From Blasia pusilla (lineage: Eukaryota), in contig CM114271.1 of assembly GCA_050084515.1 (NCBI GenBank), positions 47,492,001 to 47,556,000 of the forward strand: a stretch of 64,000 nucleotides of DNA, in the 5' to 3' direction. Each line of letters begins with the position of its first letter. The stretch's first letter is position 1. This document shows positions 9,823-21,590 of the stretch, piece after piece. A model generated the notes under the pieces. It did not search any database. It had not been told where the DNA came from and was given only the letters and a program-made list of their open reading frames with translations. Position numbers and translations under genes: made by a program.

Positions 9823-12800
9823 TTATCCAAATATTTCCCTATATATTATATTTCGTGTATAGTCACCTTCCTTATTTGAATGTTCATCGCTTCCAATTGT
9901 AATGTGGATAGAACTTCTCTTCCCTACTCTAGATAATGCTACATACAATTGGCTATGAGAAAATACTGGAGGAGGCAAGTAAATGCCTATCTTTTGCAAA
10001 GTTTGACCTTGGGACTTATTGATGGTCATAGCAAAAGCCGGTCGAATAAGGAATTGAAACTTACGTAAATCAAAGGGCAAACCTGAATCTGATGCAATCA
10101 ATGGGATACATGGAACAAAAATTCGATCTCAAATATTCTTCCCTCTGATAATTTCACCATCTATGCAATGTTGCATAAATCCACGAATCACCAATCTTGT
10201 CCCATTTGCTTGTCCATGTGCTCCATTCATGTTTTGTAACAACATGATTGGTGCCCCAATCTCCAAACACAATTAGTGCGGAGGAAGTCCTAAAGGCAAG
10301 CATGTGTTCAAAAATTCAGTTGGATATATATGAGTCATCCCCTCGTTTGGAATATAATCGACGATGCGGTAAACTTGCTCCTGTACATAAAATATAATGA
10401 GTTTGTAAGAAAAGGTAATATTAATATCCAAACTTGTAATTGAATAACTCTTTTATAAAAGTAAAAGGGATTACCTCTCTTGGAAACCGCGACATTATAC
10501 TTGGATTTATGTCATCTATATCTTGATTTCTTAGAGTCAAAATTGCGATATCTCTCAAGAAATCAATGTCATTGAATTCGGATGGAAAATTTCCATGTAT
10601 CAAATCAATAAGATCACATATCTTATTACTTCTAGTAACAATTTCAGATGGTAATTGTATAAAGTCTTCTCCCAAATGTGGATGTAAAGGTACACGACCC
10701 TCTCCCCTTCTAATAACCAATCAACAAAAGCTTGTTGTTCACTACGCAAGTGACCTTCCAACCTCTGAACTCGCATGTTTGTAGTCATCTTTATGACCTT
10801 TACATTAGACCAAAGAGATTACCTCTTTATGGTGGCTTGGATGATTTGCGGCCAATTCCCATGATGAACAACAGGCAACACTTGAACAAAATCATCACCA
10901 AATACCATAAGTTTTCCATCAAATGGTAATTATCGGTGTTCAACATAAACAACTCCCATAATATCTTGTAAAGTTTGATTTACAGCCTCAAATGCGTGAC
11001 GATGAGCCATAGGAGCTTCATCCTACATAATAAGCATTGCATCAGGGATTAAGCGCGCTCCATCACTATTAACCGATAAACTACAATAAGAAAAGGGGAG
11101 TAAATTAGAACTTATGCCACCAAAATTGGTGGAAATTAAAATTTGTGCATCACCAGAATTGGCACTTACTTGCAAGTAGAGCTCTCATAAAGATTGGGAT
11201 TTTGAATCGCGAATGTGCAGTACGTCCTCCGTCTAACAATAGAGCAACTATTCCAGATGACGCCACAGCCAAAGCTATACCTCTTGCACTCCTTATACTT
11301 GCAAGAAGAAGATTATATAAAAATGTTTTTCCCGTTCCACCTGGGCCATCAATGAAAAAAACTTTTGGAGATGGTGGAGCATCCAAGCATATTTTATCAA
11401 GCTCATCATGTATAGCATCCCAAATAATACGTTGTCCTTCATTTAGACATGCTTCTCCTAATTGCACTTGCTCAAATAGTTCTTCCATATCATACAATAG
11501 CTCTTGTTTCTCCAAATATGAATTTGATTGAAGTCGTTGGAAGTCAGGTTGGGGCATGTTTGGAAAGTCTGACAATCTTTTCCCTGCATCTTATAAATAG
11601 TAATGGACTTCCAACAATGCAGTATTAATCATAGCATCTTCAACGGGAAGAATAGGAATTCAAGTTTTCTACAAAATAGGATAATAAACCAAAATTGGTT
11701 AGACTGTTGAATGCTCAATAGAAGATACTATTAGGAATAAAAAAAATGATGCAAGGGTATTAATGAATTCTTACCAGACGCCGTTCATAGAAAAGATCTT
11801 CTACCATTGGAACCAAGAATTGACTCCAAAGTGTTGCAGGTTGAGCAGGTGTGTTGTACGCTAGAATAATTGCAAATAGGCGACGAAGTGAAGACCTTAT
11901 ACGAATTGTAGAAGCTTCTTCAAAGCAAGAGAACACTTCCCTATCATCCTCAAGAAGTCCCAATTGGATAAAAGCCTCCTTGAATGTTGGACATAGTACC
12001 CCATTAACAGTTCTCAAACATTCATACGAAGTTACTCCTCGAACATGATGGAGAAGTAATCTCAACCAATGACGTTCTTCTTCACCTATGAGGAATTAAA
12101 CTAAATGAGTTTATCCCAACATATAGATACATTGCTTTAGAGGTGGAATATAAAAGAAATTATATACAAAGAAGTTGTGAACATTTATCTGGATGAGTAA
12201 GGTATAAGCGACCAATGGGATGGCCACAACCATTTTGTTTTTGTACCCTACGAATCCATCTCTTGTTACTCCAACGATAATAAGAAGGAAATTTATGTAT
12301 AGATATTTTCGAGCACTAGAGTCAGATAGATTGGTTGCAAACCATTGGATCAATGTTGTCTCTCTTTTTAGTTGCAACATATCTCCAAGAGCGTCAACAT
12401 CATTGAAGTAGACTAATTGTTGTTCCGGAAGATGGTCTGCTAGCCGTACGATACTTGGAAGTTCAGCATGTAGACTAAACTTAAAGAGACGCCAACATGC
12501 CTCTGAAGAAGATATATATCTGGAATAATGAGAATTCCAAGTATTTGAGTAAGGAAAATTACATGAAGTTGAGAAATAAAATATAATGCATTAGAGAAGT
12601 CAATCCATAGAATCATACCTCGCATCAAGATTTGACGTTGTCTCGTCAATAACTTTGATTACATTGAATGTATCCATATCCTTTGACAACTTAAATGACA
12701 CAGCATCAGATCCTTTATAAACATATTTGTATAAGGACTTGACAACAGAAACACTACTTGGAATCTCCAAATTAATGTGACAATCAAATAGGGTGCATAA

Positions 12801-15566
12801 CATCGGATTGTAAGGTACAACCCAACGATTATCCAATTAATGTTGCTCTTAATTATCGCCCTGCCACTCTCCAATCTACAAAAATACAATAAAAATCGTA
12901 ATTAATCATGAATGAATGTATTAGAAGGAATCATGAATACATATGCCTTAAAAATAAAAGGGTCCTTACCTACGATATATCGGATAACCATCTTCTATTT
13001 CGATAGTGTTGCCCGCAAAAGCTTTAGGATAGCCTTTTGTAAATTTTTTGTTTCCTTATCCATACACGGAGTATTTGGATTTAATGGTCCACATGGCCCG
13101 TGAACCATGAAATTAGCAACGGTAGAATATAACCTTGGATGGGTAGATTGATCAGGGATTTCAGCTGAAATGATACAATCATAATCAATTGTGGTACGTG
13201 GTTTATCCTCACGACCTTAAATAATAAGGACATGCACATGCGGTAATCCTCTTTTTTGGAATTCCACCACATGGATGCATCCTACAACTCGGCCTAATAT
13301 ATGCTTCTTGATGATAAGTCGTAACAACTCCTTCTTTTTCTTCTCAAAAACCCGCACGACCAAATTTGGTCGGTCTGCGGTTGATTGGCTAGGTAATAGG
13401 GCTGATGTAATCTCCTCCCACTTTGGATTTGCATATCATGGTTAAGAAGTAGTCATGCTTCCCAAAATGTTATACAATTGCCATCGCATCCTGATACAAT
13501 TGATGCATATGACGTGGCCCTCGAGTAAAAGAAGAAGGTAATATAATGTGTTTCCCAAGCCTTCGGCTATCCGCATCTTGTCGATGCATGGCATCCTTTA
13601 CACCTTGATATAATTCAGACCTCAACTCCTTCTCATTTAAGCGTACCCATGATAATCGTTGCATTTCCAAAGTGGCATAGAGGTCAACCATATATTCTTG
13701 AGAAAGTCGACGAAGCAGCAATAAGGGATTGTCATCTTCTCCTCCAATGTGCGTTTGAAGTCGAAAACATGCAAATTGCAAGGTTGTAACACATTTTGTT
13801 CTTCTTTCCTCAACAATATCACCATAAACTTTGTCCTCATCCATGCAATCATCTGAAGATTCAGGATGTCCCTCTTCTCCATGAATAATGTGGTCCAATC
13901 GTCGGGATTCTCTACAACCTTCAGTTCGCCCAAAGGATATTCCAGGATGCCAACATGCTTCATCATAGATAAATAACAAAATAAAGTGTAAGGAAATATA
14001 TGCTTCGTTGAGGTTGGATATACGTTTGACTCCTCCTCCATGTAGTTGTACAATTATATCATAATGCTCAACGTGTTCACTTCCATCACCCGACAAAATA
14101 GCAGCAACTTCAGGCGCAATTGGTAAGTTATAACACTTTGCATCAAGACCTCTCTTACTTGCCTTGAGGATAATCTGAATATTAAGATCACTTGCTTCAT
14201 ATGCCATATGACGAAAGCTCTTCACATATGGATTGCATTCGTGTAACATGTGTTGGAGACCTTTCAAAATATCCATATTAAGATTAGAAGATGTAGACAT
14301 AATCTAGCACGATTTTCCAATTCATTTGCAGTATCATGGATGTATAGTTGAGCAAATTGAGGATGTCCCCCTATATCAGGATGTAAAGGTCCAATGGAAT
14401 GATAGATCCCACCTTGGACCCTAAAGTGTCCAGTGCCACCAATTTGTTTGTTTACATGTACCCCGGTAGATGCAAGTTGAAGTGTCGAATTATAAGCTCG
14501 AGCATGTGTAAGAAAATGAACGCTTCTGAATGGAGGAGATGATCTCAAGAGAGGTAAGTATATTCTTCCAAGGCCACAACACATGCCATATGGTGAGTCA
14601 CCAAACTTAGAACCTTTGACCACTTCAAATTTCCAATGCAAACCACGGCATGAGGGACATATCTCTGTCATAGAACCTAATGTATGACGCCCGCTGGTAC
14701 GATTCAAACTCCTTTGTAATCGCAACTTTTGAATATCACTTTCTTGAAAATTTGGTCTCCTTTCAAGATTGAGTAATGTATTTAATCTTACAACTCTATC
14801 AAGGGCAGACGACGCACAAATTATAGAAGCATTTGGTACATTGGCACGTTGTGGAGATAACAAAACTCCATTAGGAGACATGGCATCTACTCTTGACCTT
14901 GATTCATCTCCGAGTTGGGCAAAAGTCGATGAATTTGTTGAAAACTTCATCTTGAACAGGAATAGGAAGAGTGATCGATAAATTGTCGACAACTTCATCT
15001 TGAACTTGAATAGGAAGAGCAGTCGACAAATTTTTGACAGCTTCATCTTGAATTGGAATAGGAGGAGTGGTAAGTAACTCAACTTCTGGTGGCCCAATTG
15101 TGGATGTATTCTCGATAACTTCATGAAATGCATTGTCAACAAACTCGAGTCTTGGCGATATATAAATATAGTCCGTCGATTGTTCGCTCACTTCTTGATT
15201 TTCTTCTACTATTATTCCATCCTCATTGGAAGGTCTGAGAAAATATGTCAAAATATTGATAAGAATAAATACAAATCAAATATGGAGTAAATCAAGTAGT
15301 TATGAAGTGAATCAAATATAAAAATTAAGATATAGGTACCTATTCAATGGAATAGGTGCAATACTCTCAGGCTGAACTTGACCATTAAGCCCTTTCCTTC
15401 TTTTTCTATACTCTCGATAGTAATTCTTCTTTTTTTTTTTCTTTGAGAGCTTCCATTCTATCAGCTTGAATAGCACACTTTCGTTTTTGGGCTCCCCCTG
15501 TATAACCTTCCGAGAGTCATGTATATTGACAAGATTCAATGGGATTGGAAGTGTGGAACAATACAT
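9823..15566 (-). pseudogene. Helitron RepHel (Rep + PIF1-like helicase), intron-containing, with stops and frameshifts
   Basis: Motifs in order: Zn-finger-like CPSC...GMCC, IILPSSFTRGPRHMHQLYQDAMAIV, HUH motif EFQKRGLPHVHV (~13250), DNRWVVPYNP and YKYVYKG, FFIDGPGGTGKT (Walker A), GGRTAHSRFKIP, and AFAMTINKSQGQT...LYVALSRV. GT-AG introns are visible at ~15339-15234, ~12970-12877, ~11170-11081 and ~10474-10382, among others. Confidence 0.95.
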
Positions 15567-16736
15567 GAATATTAAAAGCTTACAAAATTAAATGAAAAGT
15601 CAATATCTTGTAGGAAATTGGACATGCTAAATGAGCGTCGATGTAGTAAACTTATGTTGGAGATGTTTCAGGTCGGAGTTCATCTTCGAGATGTGTTTGT
15701 TATGCTAAGATTTCCTTGTGACGGACACGGCTTTTTTGTTGTGCATTCGCACGCATCAATTTTCGGAAGTCATGCAAATCCGTAGGATTTGATGGAAGAG
15801 GAAGTCTGTGCAACAATTGGGTTTATTGCATGAGAAAAATATATTGTCGAGAAAATGGTATATAAGGCATCATCGTTGAAATGGAAATAAGGTGCTTACG
15901 TCCCTACCCTAAGCAAAGGTTCTTACATCGGGGAGGTATTCTTCGATACTTCAATATGTCTTCCCGAACTTTGTTGCGAAATTGGCATATTTGTAATAAT
16001 ACTAAGTGGCCGTCTCTCCTTGTTTAGTGACGATCCGCCAACACTCATCATCTACATGACACACAACGGAAGTATTGAGAATTGAAATAAAATAACCAAA
16101 AGAATAAAGAGAAGAAAGAAAAAAAAAAGTAAAGAGAAGAAAAAAAAAAGGAGAGAAGAGAAAGGAAATTAGTAGGGGCAATTTTCCATTTCCAATTTGA
16201 TTTTCTCTAAAAATTATAAATTGAATGAAAAAACAAAGAGAAAATGAAATTTTAAAATAAAATTTAGGGAAAGAAAAGAATTTAGAGAAGAAGAGTAAGG
16301 GGGAAGATTTATTTTAATTTTCTCTAAAATTGTAAAAAATTGGGAATAATTGGGAAAAAGGTAAAAAAGGGAGGAAATTACATTCTAAGGACATTAATTA
16401 AAAAAATCCAGGTTCGGTACACCAAACCTGGCCCTAACCTAACCCTCCCAACCCTAGGCCTGAATCGAGCCCCCGCACCCCAATGGCGCCGCCTTCGAAT
16501 CCTAGGGTCAGATTTTAACCCTTCTCCCATCTAACGGCCAGGCAAAACACGCCGTTAGATGGTTAATCTGACGGCTCGGGTCTGAGCGGAAAGAGCCCTC
16601 CCCCCTCCCCCCTCCACCCTTCCCCCTACCCAATCGTCCAACACTTTCTCCCTGACTTCCTCTCCCATTCCCTCCTATCGTCCCGCAGCGCTCGCGCTGC
16701 TTGTCTGTCTGTCCGCCCTCCTCTCCGATCCCTCAG

Positions 16737-17560
16737 GCGCCCGCTCTCCGAGTCCGCTATACTCATGTGCTCGAGCACGCCCCTCCTTTTGGCTTGTGCG
16801 CGCTCAAGGGCGCTCGTGCTCTACTCATGCGCTCGAGTGCGCCCCTCCTCCCAGCTCATGCGCACTCGAGCGCACGGATCATTACAGTGCCTGCTCCATC
16901 ATCGCCTTTCAGACTCAATCTACACCCTGAATTTTACATTGAAGGTCAGTTTTGGCTATGCTGTTGGGCTCTCGGGGTTTCGTGATAGTCAAGCTCATCC
17001 CCCAGTAGTTCTGCTCTCTGGTGTTCTTGTAGGTTGAGTTCTCTCCCTAACTTTTTGGCTCTCAGGTTATCTTGCTAGGCTCTCTTGGTAGTCGTTCAAC
17101 TCTGGGGTATTTATGACAGTCGGGCTCTCACGCCCTTAGGCGCCCCCTCTCCCAGTCCGTGCTCTACTCATGCTGTGGAACGCGCCCCTCCTCCCAGCTC
17201 GTGCACACTCGAGCGAACGGATCATCACAGTGTGACCCAAGCTTGCACCATCTTGGTGCTTGAACATCTCCCCTGAGAATCGTCGCCTTGCACACTCGAT
17301 CTGCACTCAAATTTTTACATTGAAGGTCAATTTTGGCTGTGCAGTTGGGCTCTCATGGTTTTGTGATAGTCGAGCTCATCCCCCAGCGGTTCTGTTCTCC
17401 GGTGTTCTTGATGGTCAAGTTCTTTCCATAAATTTTTGGCTCTCGAGGTTATCTTTCTAGGCTCTCTTGCTAGTTGTTCAACTCTGGGGTATTTTTGACA
17501 GTCGGGCTCTCTTGCTAGTTGTTTGACTCGAATGCTTTTGACAGTCGGGCTCTCACAACA
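16737..17560. repeat. ~400-bp degenerate tandem duplication plus repeated gggctctc motifs inside the Helitron
   Basis: Units start ggcgcc..ctctcc..agtccg at ~16737 and ~17139. They share attttacattgaaggtca, agctcatcccc..ag..gttctg and ttcaactctggggtattt..tgacagtcgggctctc. Confidence 0.85.
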
Positions 17561-18688
17561 TTGCAGATCAGGTCTCCGGGATTTCTTTACAGTCAGGCTT
17601 TGGATCCCCAAAAGTTTGGCTACTGAGTCGCTTTTGATGGCTGGGCTCGTTTGATAGTACACTTTTTCTGTATAGCGCATCGCGTCTCGTTAGTTTTTTG
17701 AGAGTTGGGCTATGGATCCCTAGCAGTTCGGCTACTGTGTCTCTTTTGACAGCTAGGCTCTTGTTTGATAGTATCGAATTTTGGCTTAGCAGCTCGGCTC
17801 TGAGGTATTGTCGACGATCGTGATCATTTTGAAAGGGCCAGGGTCTCCGAAGCTATTTTCTCTCGGTTTTGTCGTTGGTTTCTTTGGAGATATACTTGTG
17901 CTATTACACATATACACCTGGAACACGTAGGGGCAAAATGAGTGTAGTTAGTACTCCAACTGAGTACTGAAAGAGGGGCAGGCTGAGACATTCACAAAAC
18001 TCTCCAAGTCGCTTTCATTTCAAAGTAAGCAGTACATGATTGTTTGATCTACTCTACTCTTGATCTGAATATTCACTACAACTTCTTTCCCCTTCTGCCC
18101 TTTATGTGGGAATTTCTTCGTGCACTGTGGATCATCCCTACGTGTGGTAGGCATACTGGGAGTTACCGGGGACCTTCCCTTTGATGGTCAGCTTTGCTGA
18201 TTTTGGTTAGTGTGCGGGGTCATTCTCCGCTTCTTAGCAGAGGCTCCCTCCTCGTTATGTTCCCTTTCAATGCCGGGCCTCCTTATGCGATAGGGAGGAG
18301 TTCCTCCCTCCTCTACAACGTCTATTCCCTCTCCTCCAACTGGCTTTGGATCGTACCCTTTGTCGGAATCCGCAGGGAGGATTGCAGCAAGCATGGAGTC
18401 CTTTATTGCATACTCAAAGCCCGGAGCATGCACGGGGGTGAGTGGCTCTCCCCAAGTAGGACCATCACGGTGCAACTTGTTCCATTTGCTCAAGCGCATA
18501 CAATCCCCTTGACTTATTGGGGACCATTTTGTACTCTCCAATGCTTGGAGATCAAGTGACTTTACACCGTGATTTTTTTTCGAGCTCGTTACCTTGGACA
18601 CACTCTTTCCTTTCCCTTGTGTTGACTTTTTCGCTGTGATTCTTGTTGTCGTCTCTAGGTAGTTTTTGTTTTGCACCTTTGTTGTTTG

Positions 18689-18853
18689 GGATGTTGCAGA
18701 TGTCGGAAGATGATTAGAATGTGAGGAGCTCTGGAGGTGTTGAAGCAAACGTCGAATGTGGAGGAGCTCTTGGATGTTGCAGATGTCGGAAGATGATTAG
18801 AATGTGAGGAGCTCTGGAGGTGCTGGAGCGAACGTCGAATATGGAGGAGCTCT
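18689..18853. repeat. 83-bp tandem duplication inside the Helitron
   Basis: ggatgttgcagatgtcggaagatgattagaatgtgaggagctctggaggtg occurs at 18689 and 18772. Confidence 0.92.
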
Positions 18854-19756
18854 CGAAAAGCCGTTAAAGTTGTTGCAGATCTTGAGCAGGGTCGGGGACG
18901 TCAAGAACACGGGAGTTGATCTTGAGATCACATCAAGGGCTGCTTAATTAGGGCAGACTAAGCCTGAATCGAACGACTCTCTTCGGGAGTACCTGTGAAA
19001 TAGAATGTCCAGAAGCCCAACATATGGTTAGCTTGCTATGTTCATCCGCAACTACATAGAGCATAGTATTTTAGTTCATAGAGCTCAAAGCAATGTAGAC
19101 TAGTAAAGCAGAGATAGGTCGTACTCTATCTACCAATAAATGAAGTTCAGCGTGTATGAATGACAATAGAGCTCGGTGAATGAATGACTTCACTTTACCT
19201 CAGCAGCCGTCGTGAGATAAAAAATGGGGACTGTGTAATTTGTAAGAGGGAATAAATAAGGGTCAAGTTTGAATTCACATCCCTTGCACTAACAACTTCT
19301 CGAGAAATGAGAAGCCAATCTCATTGACGAGGCTGGTTTGAAGGATTCAAACCGTCAAGGACAAAAGGACAGAAATTTGACACAAAAGTTGCGGCCAAAA
19401 ATGAAACCCTAAGTTCGTTGCACGTGCTAAGTACGCTTTAGACGCGCGAAAATTCCACGTTCGTTAAAAAATTGTTACAAGAGGCTAGGGCGGCTATGAA
19501 CTAAACCCTAAAACAGACTGCGTCGGACATAAGCGCGGAACACCCTGGTTCGCTTGAAATGCCACGTGGCATTCAGAGAGGTTTTTGCGCAGCGAGAAAG
19601 GACTCTCCCATAATAGTATAGATATTATTATTTCAGAATGCCCTCTCGTGTTGCAAACTCCTATGTTCTCGATACTGCATTTTCGGCCAATCGGCTCGTT
19701 CCCCTTTTAACCAACAAGATTGTTCCAAACAATTTTAAGAATTATGTATATAATAA

Positions 19757-20150
19757 TGATCGACCCTACGTACAATAAGACAAAAAAAGAAAGATGAATG
19801 AATTTTGTTAGATGGATATTAAGAAAGAATTTGAATAGAAGAGGAAAATATTTTTGTGAATTAATGGTCAAGAATTTAGTTAATTTCTATTTTAACGGGT
19901 GATCATAGGTATATGATGAGAGAAACTAGTGGGATAATTTTTAAAATAGTAAAAAAAATAAAATTTTTATCTTTAATTCATATTTGATAGGAAAGAAAAA
20001 TGAGTTTTAATGGAAGAGTAGATATTGTTTAAATTTTATTGAAAGGTGGAATGATTTAAAGGATTGGGATATCATTTGAATTTTAATTGAAGAGTGGAAT
20101 TACTTAAGATAGTGGAATCTTATTATTCTTCTAAGATTTAAGAAAATAAA
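19757..20150 (-). repeat. AT-rich dispersed repeat, copy 2 (inverted relative to 1-420)
   Basis: Reverse-complement similarity to 1-420 at both ends. Confidence 0.75.
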
Positions 20151-21119
20151 ATAAAATTTTAATTTTTAAATGAAAATATAGTTAAGAAAATCCTATTTAT
20201 TCATATTTGATATTTTGAGAAAAGAAATTTCATTTTAATGTAAAATAATATCATTTATGAAAATTAAACAATAATTTGATCAACGGATGCTATTTTGGTA
20301 GGAAGAATTGGTTTTATTCAAACTTTTATGGAGGAATGAATTTATTTAAAAAATTGGGTTTTACTTAAAAATGAAATATTATTATTCTCTTAAGATTTAA
20401 AAAAGCAAAAATATCATTGAATAAAAATATTTTACGGCCATTACATGCTGCCTCCATTTTAAATTCATGCGGCTCTATCTCCCCGTCAGAATATCTAGCT
20501 GTCGCACATGTCCACGTGTCCTAGATTGTGACGTGACATCTTCTTTACCCTTAGATGTCAGCCGACGAACTACATTTCAGCGCGTGTGTGGCCCTTGCCT
20601 TCATATCCCTTGTGCGAGTTTGTTTGTTGTCTTGAGTGTGTGGTCTGGTCTATATCATTACTCTCTATTGTAATTGTGCTAGTGCCTCGTTTTGGATATC
20701 GCAGTTCGTGTGAATTTAGTGACCATTGGAAGTATTTTTTCCACACGCACCTTCATCGCAAATAAGCCCATTTTACATCGGACTGTGAGAAAGCAACTTC
20801 CGGCCTGTTCTATAATCGATTGGCTTGACATACCTTCCATCCACATATCCTCCACCTTGCCTAGCTCCCTCCCATGCTTAGTTAATGTCCTCAAGATTGC
20901 ACACTAGTCCTACATTATTGAAAAACTTGTGTTGAGCTAGAGGGGATTAAACATGTTGCACGCAAGTTTTTTGTTTTTTCTTGGTGTCCAAGTGCCATGA
21001 TTACACTCTCTCTCTAGTGTGCGTCCCTATGAGAAGAGGGGAATTAGTTACTAAATTCGTGTGAGAGACATGTGGATAAGTTAAATGATGAGAAAAAAGT
21101 AAAAATATAATTTTAATAA

Positions 21120-21363
21120 TCTATATTATTATTGGAGCGTGCCGCAAGCAAATATTTCTTTACAAATGACGACCGGCCCGAGAAAAAATATTTCCTCATC
21201 TACGGGAGCAAAAGTTCTTTTCCCGAGCAAAGAGGAGAGATAAACATAGGCGGGGATGTAGTTTACACAAGTACGTAGGATGGGATTTGAAAACCCTTCC
21301 TCTCCAATTTTTTTACCGTGTTTAACAGGTTGAAAGGGCCCATCATACTTCACATCATACTAG
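21120..21363 (+). mobile_element. Putative non-autonomous mini-Helitron
   Basis: It starts A|TCTATATTATTATTGGAG, identical to 44855 and similar to the large Helitron 5' end. It shares the internal aaaaaatatttc..tacggg..agcaa motif with the 44855 copy and ends CTAG|T. The terminal hairpin is weak. Confidence 0.6.
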
Positions 21364-21590
21364 TTTTTTTAATTTTGGGATCGCGATTCCCGTAATGGAA
21401 TAAAAAACACGCATTCGCGAAATCCCCCCAAAACACCAGGCAAATCACGCGAAGCTCGTAAAGTCGGACTCTACATCACGTTCCGATTTGAAGCCATAGA
21501 TGGCACAGGAGCAACTCTGGTGTTCGCGCGAAGAGCGTGGCGCGGAAAGCTGTAGATCGGGGAATAGCGATCAAGGGAGGCGCAGAATTG

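Larger units (their letters stand above)
9684..19622 (-). mobile_element. Full-length but decayed autonomous-type Helitron
   Basis: The 5' end is A|TCTATACTATTATGGGAG at 19622. The 3' end is an imperfect hairpin (gcgtgcatctcatgggc) followed by CTAG|T at 9684. The A|T insertion site has AT-rich flanks and the interior encodes RepHel. Confidence 0.85.
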
